63,738 nucleotides of DNA, filler included, from Octopus bimaculoides (GCF_001194135.2; 8 parts of 7 records of this genome joined end to end with filler, not necessarily neighbours in it); one strand, 5' to 3'. Positions 1 to 12,604 are shown, counted from the whole stretch's first letter. Translations and numbers: made by a program. Notes: generated by a model from the sequence alone, not told the origin.

Positions 1-60
<60 letters not shown>
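1..60. repeat. (GT)n microsatellite
   Basis: Perfect (GT)30 at the window start. Confidence 0.99.
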
Positions 61-62
<2 letters not shown>

Positions 63-956
63 TGTTGTATTTGCTTGTTTTAATGCCTATGTAGTATGTG
101 TTTCTACTTGTGTGATTTGTGTGTGCCTATGTATGTGGTTTGTGTGAAAGTGCATGTGCGTATGTGTGTATGATGTCTGTAAGTTGTCGTCTTAAGGAGC
201 GAAGAAAGAAAGAATATGAGGAATAAAGAAAGGATGGAAGAAAGAAAGAAAGAAAGAAAGAAAAAAGAAAGAAAGAAAGAAAGAAAAAAGAAAGAAAAGG
301 TGAAAGAAGAGGAGAATGAAAAAGATAAGGACAGAGAGAGGGAGGGAGGGAGANNNNNNNNNNNNNNNNNNNNNNNNNNNNNNNNNNNNNNNNNNNNNNN
401 NNNNNNNNNNNNNNNNNNNNNNNNNNNNNNNNNNNNNNNNNNNNNNNNNNNNNNNNNNNNNNNNNNNNNNNNNNNNNNNNNNNNNNNNNNNNNNNNNNNN
501 NNNNNNNNNNNNNNNNNNNNNNNNNNNNNNNNNNNNNNNNNNNNNNNNNNNNNNNNNNNNNNNNNNNNNNNNNNNNNNNNNNNNNNNNNNNNNNNNNNNN
601 NNNNNNNNNNNNNNNNNNNNNNNNNNNNNNNNNNNNNNNNNNNNNNNNNNNNNNNNNNNNNNNNNNNNNNNNNNNNNNNNNNNNNNNNNNNNNNNNNNNN
701 NNNNNNNNNNNNNNNNNNNNNNNNNNNNNNNNNNNNNNNNNNNNNNNNNNNNNNNNNNNNNNNNNNNNNNNNNNNNNNNNNNNNNNNNNNNNNNNNNNNN
801 NNNNNNNNNNNNNNNNNNNNNNNNNNNNNNNNNNNNNNNNNNNNNNNNNNNNNNNNNNNNNNNNNNNNNNNNNNNNNNNNNNNNNNNNNNNNNNNNNNNN
901 NNNNNNNNNNNNNNNNNNNNNNNNNNNNNNNNNNNNNNNNNNNNNNNNNNNNNNNN

Positions 957-1200
957 AATGATGGTGGTGGTGGTGGCGCTGCTGCTGCGGCTGATGATGG
1001 TGTTGATGACGATGACGATAACGACGGCGGTAGTTGTGGTATGATAATGGGGAAGAAGGAGGAGGAGGAGGAAGAGGAGGAGGAGAAGAAGAAAAGGAAG
1101 TAGAAGAAGAAGAAGAAGAAGAAGAAGAAGAAGAAGAAGAAGAAGAAGAAGAAGAAGAAGAAGAAGAAGAGGGTGAAGGAGGGAGAAGGAGGTAGTACAG
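957..1200. repeat. Compound trinucleotide microsatellite (GGT/GAT/GAG/GAA)n
   Basis: Long perfect (GAA)n run at ~1101-1170 preceded by GGT/GCT/GAT/GAG runs. Confidence 0.95.
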
Positions 1201-1890
1201 GGAGAGAATTACGATCTAAAGAGGAGAGGTGAGGAATGCATAATAGAAAGAGAGAGAGTGTATGTGCGTGTGTGCGTGTGTGCGTGTATGTGTGTGTGTA
1301 TGTGTGTATGTGTGTGTAAGTGTGTGTAAGTGTGTGTGACGGAATGGCTGTACCGTTGATAAAATAAAGTAGATAAATTTTATTTTAAATACGTAAAAAG
1401 TTTTTATATCCCTGAGCGGCGGATGTAAATGGATGATATACGCGAAGAGAAAGTAAGAAAGGAGGGTATAAAGAAACTACTAAAAAAAAAGAAAGAAGAA
1501 AAAAAGGGAAAAAATGAAGAGAGAAAGGAAAAGAAAGAAACTTGCGAAGAATAAGAAAGGAAAAAGAACGAAGACGAAACATGCAAGCAACACAAAAAAA
1601 AACAAATAACGAAATGTGGACATCACTCACGCACATATAAATATAATATGCATACACATACATGAACAAGTAAACACACGCACACATACACACACATGTA
1701 TATGTATATACATAAGTGCGTATGCATATACACGCATACAGATGAGAGTGTAAATGTTGTGAACAATCGGACAAAATAAATTATCAAGAAATATAGACTA
1801 ATATATATATATAAGACTAATATATATATATATATGTATATAGGATCTTTTTGGTTTGACGGGCAACATTTTTATATGTAGTGTTTTTGG

Positions 1891-2341
1891 TACCGAAACA
1901 CTTTCACACTTCGAATACTTGTATATTTTGTGTTATAGAACAGATAAAAAATTTTGTATTCAAAGTTATTTCATNNNNNNNNNNGCCATAACCTTAACCC
2001 TAACCCTATAACTCATAACCATAACCATAACCCTAACCCTAACCCCAACCCTAACCCTAAAACCCTAACCCTAACTCTAAAACTCGAACCCTAACCCTAA
2101 AACTCTAAACCCTTACTAGGGAATAATGATACAATTAAACAGGGAATAACACACTTGACACCGAACAGCACTAACTGTATTCAGCTGAATAGACATCAGT
2201 GATTGGTTGAAATTACAGAAATACGACAACTTTAACATGAAATAACTTATTAAGAAGTAATTTTTGTTAAGAAGGCTAAGAGAAAAAGATGTTTTATATG
2301 ACACATTCTACCAGTATCCCAAGTTTGAAAGTGTTTCGTTA
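1891..2341. mobile_element. Putative non-autonomous DNA element: ~30-bp imperfect inverted repeats flanking a degenerate (TAACCC)n array
   Basis: 1891-1921 taccgaaacactttcacacttcgaatacttg versus reverse complement of 2311-2341 taacgaaacactttcaaacttgggatactgg. The right arm runs into an N gap. Confidence 0.5.
1987..2115 (-). repeat. Interstitial telomere-like repeat, degenerate (TTAGGG)n
   Basis: About 20 degenerate taaccc/taactc/aaaccc units on the + strand. Confidence 0.85.
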
Positions 2342-5140
2342 ANNNNNNNNNNNNNNNNNNNNNNNNNNNNNNNNNNNNNNNNNNNNNNNNNNNNNNNNNN
2401 NNNNNNNNNNNNNNNNNNNNNNNNNNNNNNNNNNNNNNNNNNNNNNNNNNNNNNNNNNNNNNNNNNNNNNNNNNNNNNNNNNNNNNNNNNNNNNNNNNNN
2501 NNNNNNNNNNNNNNNNNNNNNNNNNNNNNNNNNNNNNNNNNNNNNNNNNNNNNNNNNNNNNNNNNNNNNNNNNNNNNNNNNNNNNNNNNNNNNNNNNNNN
2601 NNNNNNNNNNNNNNNNNNNNNNNNNNNNNNNNNNNNNNNNNNNNNNNNNNNNNNNNNNNNNNNNNNNNNNNNNNNNNNNNNNNNNNNNNNNNNNNNNNNN
2701 NNNNNNNNNNNNNNNNNNNNNNNNNNNNNNNNNNNNNNNNNNNNNNNNNNNNNNNNNNNNNNNNNNNNNNNNNNNNNNNNNNNNNNNNNNNNNNNNNNNN
2801 NNNNNNNNNNNNNNNNNNNNNNNNNNNNNNNNNNNNNNNNNNNNNNNNNNNNNNNNNNNNNNNNNNNNNNNNNNNNNNNNNNNNNNNNNNNNNNNNNNNN
2901 NNNNNNNNNNNNNNNNNNNNNNNNNNNNNNNNNNNNNNNNNNNNNNNNNNNNNNNNNNNNNNNNNNNNNNNNNNNNNNNNNNNNNNNNNNNNNNNNNNNN
3001 NNNNNNNNNNNNNNNNNNNNNNNNNNNNNNNNNNNNGTGTCTATTAAGACCTGGTCTTAATAGACACAAGATGTGATCTATTTCTAGCGCATTAATTGTC
3101 CACGTTAGTGGTCGACGTTATTTTTTAAAATGTACCTTAATCCCCTGAGATTGCAGATAATATTTCTGAATCTCTTTGATTCTTTAGATGTGCTGGCCTC
3201 CTGATAATTAATCGATATTAATTAATATATGACTAATTACCAGATTTTATAATTATATATATATATAATATAATATAATATAATATAATATAAATAATAT
3301 ATGCATATATACATACGTATATGTACATACTTACATCTATACGTAGATATATATGCATATGTGGGCACAGGACATCACAAACGTGTACAACAACAAAAAA
3401 TACGAAGTACGAGTACATAGAATATGAACTATTTTTTCGAACAATGAAAGACAGAAATGGAAAACAACACAAACAGCACAAATAACGACCCTTCATTAAT
3501 TTTTGGCTATTTTTTTACTCTTGTATTTCGAGCATTTAACAGCAATATACGTTTTCGATAAAACAGTTGCTCCCGCAAAGCAATTTAAATAAAATTTGGG
3601 ATTTTGCGGAGGTCAAAATTGGTAACACAAACAGGACAGTGAACACAGGAAGGGCTGCGAAGCCTAAACGAGGTTGTGATATATATGTATATGTATATAT
3701 ACATACACATCCACCCATATACGTACACATACATAGAGATGCATATATTACTGTATTAATTTTTACTGTCCTAATTGTAATTTTGATTTTTAAATTAATA
3801 TTTTTATGATGAATGTTTCTTTATATGATATATTATATAGTATTAAAATTATTAAAATTTTAGACTAAAATCTTAGATAAATATTCATATGGTATATGCC
3901 TCACAGCATGGTTTTGGACGGGTTCTTGGTTGACTGAGTTGTAGAGTGGTGCTTCGTCTCTAAATTAGTTATATATGTATGTNNNNNNNNNNNNNNNNNN
4001 NNNNNNNNNNNNNNNNNNNNNNNNNNNNNNNNNNNNNNNNNNNNNNNNNNNNNNNNNNNNNNNNNNNNNNNNNNNNNNNNNNNNNNNNNNNNNNNNNNNN
4101 NNNNNNNNNNNTATATATATATATATATATATATATCAAATGATATGTGCAGAAAGGTCTATTTAGTCATACATATGTGATGAGAAAAACATACCATTTG
4201 ATCAATAACTAATGTTAATCATATTGGCAAGTATGGAATACAACTCCGAATGTATTCCAGTCTTATCAGGCTTCTTTTGCTAAAATCAGATTTCACCGTA
4301 CATGTAGAAATAATGCTGAGAGAAGCACTAAATATGTACACAATATTGTATGCAATCAGATACGAAATTTTTTTAAATAGCTCGCCAAAAAGTGTAAATC
4401 AGTGACAATAAATACTTAAAGACGCCATTCGCATGAAAGGTTATATTTAAATTCATACTAAGAAATTCAATGCATTGAATACCAAACAATTAATTGGAAG
4501 TGTTCATGCAGTGAGCAAAAGGCAGTATAAATAATTTCGTTTGCAGCCATTTCATACTTTAAATATTCCAGTTTATCCTGCCTCTTCAAGTAGATATATT
4601 ATATCTACCTATTAGTTCATCACTACAGATTTCCTCTAGAATTCAGAGCCCAAAATGCAAGTTATGACGTTTTAAATTTTTCGAAATTTATTCTTTTTTT
4701 AATGTTTCGGTTAAATTTTCGAATTTTCCTTTTTAAATCACATTTTAAAATACGAAGTCCGAATTTTTCGCTTAAATCCCAGCAATCGACCATTAAATGT
4801 GTATGGGGGAAAAGATATTGAAAAACATCAATACGTCAGACTGATAAACAAACGAAGAGAATATGTGGTGGACGTGAGATGTGCTAAAAATCACAGCTAA
4901 ATAAGCTTTAAATCACGCACCAAATTTATTTTTCCATAATTGCATGAATCCCCGAGTGCAAAACAAATTCGCAAAAACTTTCTGAAAATCCCCCAAAATA
5001 AAAACACTTAGGAGAAGCTCTATGGCGTACGTAACGCAGAATTCTGCCAAATCATGTCTTTAACAACAATTAGCATTTTTTTTTTATTTATGTGTTTCAG
5101 CCAAGTGGCTGCGGTCATGCTGGTGCACGTCTACTTAGCG

Positions 5141-5300
5141 AGGCTGCAAGCTGGCAGAATCGTTAGCACTCCGAGCAAACTGCTCAGTGATATTTCGTTT
5201 GAGGTCAACTTTGCTTTTCATCATTTCGATTTCGATATGATAAGAACTAGCTGAACACCAGGGTTGATGTAATAAATTTACCCATTTCTTCGAAATTACT
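5141..5300 (+). mobile_element. SINE family C, degraded with internal deletion
   Basis: gctggcagaatcgttagcac...gaggtcaactttgcttttcatc matches the copies at 9930 and 35188. Confidence 0.7.
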
Positions 5301-5454
5301 GGTCTTTTGCCACAATTTGTAACCAATATATTTACTTAGAGATTCTCTCGTCTCTAATTCGGCGAAAATTATACTCTGAGGAAGCTTACACTTCACTGAA
5401 GAAGTCTAATAAAACCAAAGACTGTCAAAAATTCTTAGTCGCGGTTGCTTAAAT

Positions 5455-5729
5455 CAGGGGTTTTCACACTTTTTAACTCGCGGACCCCTTTATATTTCAG
5501 GCTTTACCATAGGGACCCCCTTATAAACGCTTATGAAATTTATACATAAATATTTGCTTAAAATAACATATATTTTTACATTTATTTATTTAACAGTATT
5601 TAACAAATAGGTTTATTGTTAATTAAAAGATTTCGATTAAAAAACATATATAAAATCAAATTGCCCATAAAAAGTATTTGCTGTCCACGGACCCCCTGTG
5701 GTCCGCGGGCCACAGTTTGAAAACCCTTG
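5455..5729. mobile_element. hAT-superfamily MITE (275 bp) with 8-bp TSD
   Basis: TIRs caggggttttcacac (5455-5469) and reverse complement caagggttttcaaac (5715-5729), 13/15 identical. Perfect flanking direct repeat GCTTAAAT at 5447-5454 and 5730-5737. 8-bp TSDs and CAGGG-like ends are hAT hallmarks. Confidence 0.9.
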
Positions 5730-5891
5730 GCTTAAATGATTACAACGACATCAATCACTGAGCTCATATTGTCTTGTTGTCACTGCATTTCACGCACTAA
5801 GATTAAATTGCGTTTATCAAAACTACAAATTTGTAAAATTTACCTTACATCCTCAAATTATCATTTGAAAATACACCGTTACGCCGTGTTG

Positions 5892-6142
5892 CTCTTTTAC
5901 TCTTTTACTCTTTTACTTGTTTCAGTTATTTGACTGTAGCCATGCTGGAGCACCACCTTTCAGTTGAGCAAATCGACCCCAGGACTTATTCTTTGTAAAC
6001 CTAGTACTTATTCTTTGTAAGCCTAGTACTTATTCTATCGGTCTCTTTTGCCAAACCGTTAATTTACGGGGGACGTAAACACACTAGCATCGGTTGTCAA
6101 ACGATGTTTTGGGGACAAACACAGTCACACAAACATATACAC

Positions 6143-6173
<31 letters not shown>

Positions 6174-6176
6174 TAT
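5892..6176 (-). mobile_element. SINE family A, 3' half (remainder lost in the gap)
   Basis: Reverse complement of the 3' half of the copy at 16437, with an internal ~22-bp tandem duplication ctagtacttattctttgtaa(a/g)c. Confidence 0.85.
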
Positions 6177-7003
6177 NNNNNNNNNNNNNNNNNNNNNNNN
6201 NNNNNNNNNNNNNNNNNNNNNNNNNNNNNNNNNNNNNNNNNNNNNNNNNNNNNNNNNNNNNNNNNNNNNNNNNNNNNNNNNNNNNNNNNNNNNNNNNNNN
6301 NNNNNNNNNNNNNNNNNNNNNNNNNNNNNNNNNNNNNNNNNNNNNNNNNNNNNNNNNNNNNNNNNNNNNNNNNNNNNNNNNNNNNNNNNNNNNNNNNNNN
6401 NNNNNNNNNNNNNNNNNNNNNNNNNNNNNNNNNNNNNNNNNNNNNNNNNNNNNNNNNNNNNNNNNNNNNNNNNNNNNNNNNNNNNNNNNNNNNNNNNNNN
6501 NNNNNNNNNNNNNNNNNNNNNNNNNNNNNNNNNNNNNNNNNCGTTGCTTTTTCAGTTGTGTCTGGGGAGAGTCGTTCTCTTTTAGTGCCTTATAATTTAA
6601 CACACTCACCGGTAAAATTTCTACTTATTTCCTTTTTTATTTTTCTAAAATTTTCGTTTCGTCTTGCAACCTTTTCAATAGTTTTGATTCTGTCCGTTAC
6701 TCACACTGCGTTCCTTTTTGTTTGTTTGTGCGCATGTGTGTAGGGTAGTGTGTGTGTGTGTGTGTGCGTGTGTGTGTGTGTGCATATACATGCATATATA
6801 TATATGTATAGATGTATGCATGTGTGTGTATGCATGTATGTGTGTGTGCGTGTGCATATGTATCTATTTATGTGTGAACATTTGTATATATGTATTCTGC
6901 TTATTCATGTGTTTGCATGTCCTTGTTTGTGTGTGTTTTTTTATGTATGTGTGTGTGCGTGTGTGTGTTTGTATATATGTGTCTCCTTGTATGTGCATGT
7001 CTG

Positions 7004-7043
<40 letters not shown>

Positions 7044-7344
7044 GCAACTAAGTACCGCGCTTGTATGTATGGATATGCATCTCCATATGTGTGGACGTGT
7101 GTCTCCATACGTGTCCTTGTGTCAAGTAAAGTGTGTGTATATATATATATATATATGGTCGTGGGTTCCAGTCTTCATTTGCGTATGTGTGCTTCTTTGA
7201 TCATATAACCTATGTAACTTTCCGTCTGTATGTTGATCTGTTTACTTTCATACCCATATGCTTACATACATGTGCATATACATATATATATATATTCATA
7301 CACCCACCCACACACACGAAAAACTAGTTTCGTCATTTCATAGC

Positions 7345-7500
7345 GAAACCGTTGTACTACACCTTGACAATTAATAATATCTTGGCATCTGAAGTAGCTG
7401 AAGGTACGATAGTTTGACCAAAAGAACCGGCTATTGCAAGCAAAAATATATATTGAAAAAAGCGCATTTATCCAAATTTGGACATACGACCTTTTAACAT
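7345..7500 (+). repeat. Dispersed repeat of unknown class (second copy inverted at 19280-19408)
   Basis: gttgtactacaccttgacaatt...ggcatctgaag...tagtttgaccaaaagaa...ctattgcaagc...ccaaatttggacatacga matches the reverse complement of 19280-19408. Confidence 0.75.
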
Positions 7501-9477
7501 ATATATATATATATATATATATGTTTCACCAAAAAGGAAAATTACAAATATCACTAAATGTGACTAGGATGTTAGAAAACACCTACATCGCTGGAAATAA
7601 GAGCTAAAATGCTCTAATGCTGTAGTTAACGCACATGAATGAAAACATATACACTAACAGGAACCNNNNNNNNNNNNNNNNNNNNNNNNNNNNNNNNNNN
7701 NNNNNNNNNNNNNNNNNNNNNNNNNNNNNNNNNNNNNNNNNNNNNNNNNNNNNNNNNNNNNNNNNNNNNNNNNNNNNNNNNNNNNNNNNNNNNNNNNNNN
7801 NNNNNNNNNNNNNNNNNNNNNNNNNNNNNNNNNNNNNNNNNNNNNNNNNNNNNNNNNNNNNNNNNNNNNNNNNNNNNNNNNNNNNNNNNNNNNNNNNNNN
7901 NNNNNNNNNNNNNNNNNTATATATATACCGAAGGACCAGTAGGTAGCTAGGCTGATAGCTAGATGGAGCTCTTGTTTCACATTTGCAATTTATTCCTTTA
8001 TCCATCACCACCACCATCACTACTACAAACACGAACAACCATAACAACGCGGCAACAACAGCCTTCTTTTACCTTTCATGCTCTCCCTTCAAATTGTTTC
8101 CCCTTTTCATCTTTTTGTTTTTTGTTTTCTTTTTTTCCTTACCTTCACTGATTTTCATTTCTTCATTTTTTGGGATGTTTTTATTTATTCATTTATTTGT
8201 TTGTCTGTTTTTTTTTTCAAAAATTATTTCGATGAATGCAGGTCAAGATCAAGCAAGTTTAAAAATAAAAAGAAATCACTATCAAAGAAGACAGTCTTGT
8301 GGTTTTTATGGGCTTTTATTACATATTTTTCCCTAACAGCAGGATGCTTCTTGTTGGTGAAGCCAGCATGCTGCTGGGTTTTTATCACCGTTTTATATGC
8401 GTGTTTATGCGTGGTCATATGTTGTTTGTACGTTTCTCTGTGTTTCAACGTGTGGTAAAGAAGAGAAGGGTCTATTGTTGTTGTTATTATTGTTGTTGTA
8501 GGGTACGTGTGCCTATGTGCATATGTGCTCTATGTGCTTGATACTGGTTCACAACATCTCATAGTATATGTACATATATGCATTCGCTTAGAAGATTTCC
8601 ATGATTTTTTCTTTCTTTTTTTTTTTAGAACGGGTATGGATTTGTGGATGGGAAATGACTCGAAAATTACTAGAAACAATACTCACACAAACTTAAACAT
8701 ATACATACGCATACAAACACACATATACACTCTCTCTCTCGCTTTCACACACACGCGCGCACGCATACACACACATATAAATGTCTCTCTTTCTCCATAT
8801 ATCCCTTCGCACATATACACATATATATATCGACATATATATTGATGTATGTATATATATATATATATATATATGCGAGTAAAAATAAATACAAAAAAAG
8901 GGGGTTTTGTATGATTGTGTATAGAGGAATATATTATTTTGTTTAAAAGAGTTCCAACACTGTCTGTTTTTTATGTTTTATTTATATTCCTGCAAAACCA
9001 ATGTGGGATATAGAATATGGAATATACAATATATAATATAATATACAATATATAATATAAAATAAAAATGGATGGTACTATGAAATAAAGTATTGAATGT
9101 CTTATTGAATATATGGAATATGTCTTATTGAATAGATGAAACATTGAGTGTTCAATATAAAGGATTAAATATATATGGGATTAAATATATATAAATATAT
9201 AAAGGCGAATATTTTCTATACCTTGTGGTATTTCATATTTTCTATACTTTGTAGTATTTCATCATGGCCGGTGTGTTTCTGTGTCTGTGAGTAAGTGTGT
9301 ATATATCTCATCAAACTTGCAGGTGTATGTTAGTTGTTTAATTCTGAGAGTAAAGACAATGATGGACAGAAGGTTTGTGGTTTACATTTCCATAAGGGTT
9401 GTTAGCAGATGACGGTGTAGCGACCGGTGCTGAGTTGTCCTGTTGTCAAAAACGATTGCTGTAGATGCAGCCTTTAT

Positions 9478-9700
9478 GGTATTGATTTCAAATTTTGGCA
9501 CAAGGCCTCTATAACTTCGGGGCAGGAGGAAAGTTAATTACATCGACCTCAGTGCTCAAATGATACTTATTTTATCGACCCCGAAAGGATGAAAGACAAA
9601 GTCGATCTCGGCATAATTTGAACTCAGAACGTGATGACGGACGAAATACCACTAAGCATTTTACCCGGCATGCTAACGATTCTGTCAGCTCGCTGCCATA
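9478..9700 (-). mobile_element. SINE family C
   Basis: atcgaccccgaaaggatgaaagacaaagtcga...tttgaactcagaacgt...catgctaacgattctgtcagctcgc, shared with more than ten copies in the window. Confidence 0.85.
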
Positions 9701-9929
9701 TGTAACCTTCATGACATTACCAGAAGCACACCTCTCATTTGAACCATTCAGGATCCATAACTTACCTTTACTTATCCTTTTCATATATAAACAAAAGGCA
9801 AGCATTGTTGCCCTATTTCTATTTTTTCACCCCGTTATTTTGTTATCAAGTTTGCTTCCAAACCACGGGGTTCCACTTTCAATTCTATTGTACCGGTTTT
9901 GGGTATTCTCCTTTTATTACACAGCTATT

Positions 9930-10152
9930 AGCCGGAAGAATTTATACAACACCGGAAGAATTTATACAACACCGGACGAAATGCTTAGCGACATATATTC
10001 TAGCTCTGTAAATTCTGTATTCAGATTCAGCCGAGACCGACCTTGCTTTCCATCATTTTGGGTTCAATAAAATAAGTACCAGTGGATCACCGGGGCGATG
10101 TAACCTACTTAGCGCCTCCCCTGAAATTACTGGCTTAGTACCAAAATGTTAA
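9930..10152 (+). mobile_element. SINE family C, diverged, with a 20-bp tandem duplication in the head
   Basis: ccggaagaatttatacaaca twice, then gaaatgcttagcg...gagaccgaccttgctttccatc...aataagtaccag. Confidence 0.7.
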
Positions 10153-10166
10153 ACCATATTTTGTGT

Positions 10167-10490
10167 AGGCGCGTGGCTTGGTGGTTAGAGCATTCGGCTC
10201 ACGATCGCAAGGTCATGAGTTCAACTCTCGGCGGCGCGTTCTGTCTTTGAGAAATACACTCACTTCGTGTTGCTCCAGTCTACTCAGCTGCCATAAATGA
10301 GTAGTTTCTGCAATTCAAAGGGGCCAGTCTTGTCCCATTCAGTATCACACTGACCCCACCCCTGAGAACTACGTTAAGGGTACGTGTGTCTGTGGAGTAC
10401 TCAGCCACTTGCACGTTAATTTTACGAGCAGACTGTTGCGTTGATTGGATCAACTGGAACCCTTGTATTCATAACCGAGAGAATACCAGT
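10167..10490 (+). mobile_element. tRNA-derived SINE family B, near full length
   Basis: A-box-like tggcttggtggttagag and B-box-like gagttcaactc. Body gagaactacgttaagggtac...tgtggagtactcagccacttgcacgttaattt shared with 28544, 40198, 60880, 61190 and 62567. Confidence 0.85.
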
Positions 10491-10729
10491 TTGTTAACAG
10501 GTTTGCTTCGCAGCCACATGGTTCCAACTTCGATCCCATTCATATCAACGCAGGGAAGTCACTTTTTATTATAGTCTACAGTTTAGGCATCTTTAGGTAG
10601 AGTTCAAATCACTTCGGAGTCAATATTGTCTTTTATCCCTGGAGGGTTTCCTCAAGAAAAAGATTGAATCATGACTTATCAGAGAAGATGACATTATTCC
10701 GTTGAGCCACTGACCCCTTCTAATTACCT

Positions 10730-10965
10730 ACACACTGTTTTTTCCGCCTATCCATGTCGATGGGGGACAGGAGAGATTTAGCAATTGTAGCTCTCGCATG
10801 ACATCCTGCTTTGTGGAGCTCACGACGAATGCATTACGTTGGCAAAGTGTTGCTTTAGTTCTGCTGTCACGTTCGCTGACATGGTTCGATGTTTTTTTCA
10901 TATGATTCACTATTCTGCGGTTGTTCTGTGAGCTTTTCCTCCCATCCCGATACACGCAGATTTAT
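10730..10965 (-). pseudogene. Tc1-like transposase relic (HTH region), frameshifted
   Basis: Manual translation across a frameshift: ...SANVTAELKQHFANV / IRRELHKAGCHARATIAKSLLSPIDMDRR. This resembles the Tc1 motif T(V/I)RRxLHxxGxxxRxxxxKPLL. Confidence 0.65.
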
Positions 10966-11082
10966 TTTTGTATGCATGCCAGCGTGTGTATACATATATT
11001 ACTATCTCTATAAGACTATAGACTATTAATGTCCCACAAGATTCATTAAGTACTCACATATTTAGGCCTCTGTCTATTGACT

Positions 11083-11257
11083 ATCTTTTACTTGTTTCAG
11101 CCATTAGACTGTGGTCATGCTCGGGCACCGCCTTGAAGAAATTTTACTCAAACAAATCGAACCCAGTACTTATATTTCAAACCCGGTACTTATTCAATCG
11201 ACCTCTTTTGCCGAACCGCTATGCCATGAGGACATAAACACACCAAGACACACACAG

Positions 11258-11291
<34 letters not shown>

Positions 11292-11300
11292 GCACACACA
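11083..11300 (-). mobile_element. SINE family A, 3' half ending in (CA)n
   Basis: cttgtttcagccattagactgtggtcatgct...aaatcgaacccagtact...cttttgccgaaccgct. Confidence 0.8.
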
Positions 11301-11522
11301 CACACACATACACACACACACATATCGAGATGTAATATTTATTCCAATTTAAATGTGAATGTTCTATTAGAACAAACTTTATTGTGGTAGTTGCCATTGG
11401 ATTTTTGTGCAAAATGCATTCTTGTTTATACCACTAGCAGGGAAATTTATTTCTGCTGCCTCCAGCGCCGAGACCACCAGATTAAGGAATTTCGATCTCT
11501 TTTGGTCTTGTCAAAGATGGAC

Positions 11523-11622
11523 NNNNNNNNNNNNNNNNNNNNNNNNNNNNNNNNNNNNNNNNNNNNTTAATTAATTAANNNNNNNNNNNNNNNNNNNNNN
11601 NNNNNNNNNNNNNNNNNNNNNN
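11523..11622. other. Artificial scaffold join spacer (44N-TTAATTAATTAA-44N)
   Basis: Exactly 100 bp; the 12-mer has stop codons in all six frames. The same construct recurs seven times. Confidence 0.95.
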
Positions 11623-11677
<55 letters not shown>

Positions 11678-11738
11678 TGTTATTGTTGTTGGTGTTATTA
11701 TTATTATCATTATTATCATTATTATTATTATTATTATT

Positions 11739-11957
11739 GTTCAGTAGTTTTATTTTTATAACGTGCTTTCACTTCACTACCGAGCGCAGCTCTGTGCGCC
11801 TTGGGTATGTGCTGTAGTTTGCTGTGGTGCTCTTATGTTTACTGTATTGAAAGTGGTTTGCATAGAATGTGTGCAGTACCCAGTAGTGCAATTTTCTGTA
11901 TGTTATATATATTTGTAAGTCCTGGTGTTTTTGTTATGTATTTGTCTGAATATTTTT
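11739..11957 (-). mobile_element. R4/Dong-clade LINE, very short 5'-truncated copy (ORF C-terminus plus 3' UTR) between (TAA)n tracts
   Basis: Minus-strand translation ...TKTPGLTNIYNIQKIALLGTAHILCKPLSIQ*. Flanked on both sides by (TTA)n on the + strand. Confidence 0.8.
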
Positions 11958-12050
11958 TATTATTATTATTATTATTATTGTTATTATTATTATTATTATT
12001 TAATGAAAACTCTCAGTTTATTTTGTATGATGTATTATTATCATTATTAA

Positions 12051-12600
12051 TCAGTAGTCTTATTTTTATCATGAGCTTTCACTACACAACTGGGCACAGC
12101 TCTGTGTGCCTTGGGTATGTGCTGTGGTTTGTTGTGGTGCTCTTATTTTCATTGTATTGAAAGTGTTTTACGTAGGATGTATGCAGTGTCTAGTAGTGTT
12201 ATTTTCTGTATGTTATATATACTTGTAAGTCCTGGTGTTTTTGTTATGTATTTGTCTTAATATTTTTTTATCACACCTAATGCACCTACTATGGATAGGA
12301 ATTGTTTCTGTTTTTAGATTCCACATTCGAGTTACCTATATTTCCAGGTCTTTGTATTTTGATAGTTTCTCCATTTCTTTCAGAGAAACATTGTCATCTG
12401 TTGGTATTGATACATCAATTAAAAAACATTTTTTTTCGTGATCTCTGACAACTATATCTGGCCTATTGGCCTTAATTTCTCTATCTGTGTGTATTGGCAT
12501 ATCCCAGAGTATGGTTGCTTTCTCATTTTCTTTGAGCTTATCTGGCATGTGCCTATACCATATTTTTTCTATTGTTATTCCATGGTGCTGGCAACCCATC
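12051..12600 (-). mobile_element. R4/Dong-clade LINE 3' fragment (RLE endonuclease, C-terminus, 3' UTR)
   Basis: ORF 12336-12626 contains ILWDMPIHTDREIKANRPDIVVRD...CFLIDVSIPTDDNVSLKEMEKLSKYKDL (PD..D-type RLE). The 3' portion is a diverged repeat of 11739-11957. Confidence 0.85.
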
Positions 12601-12604
12601 CTAA

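Noticed and set aside
1987-2115. True telomere or chromosome end
   Set aside because: The array is short, degenerate, internal and flanked by ordinary sequence.
3340-3670. Second hammerhead/PLE terminus on the minus strand (gagc...gctcgaaa)
   Set aside because: No CUGANGA-like core precedes the stem. It is probably an interspersed repeat, but its class cannot be supported.
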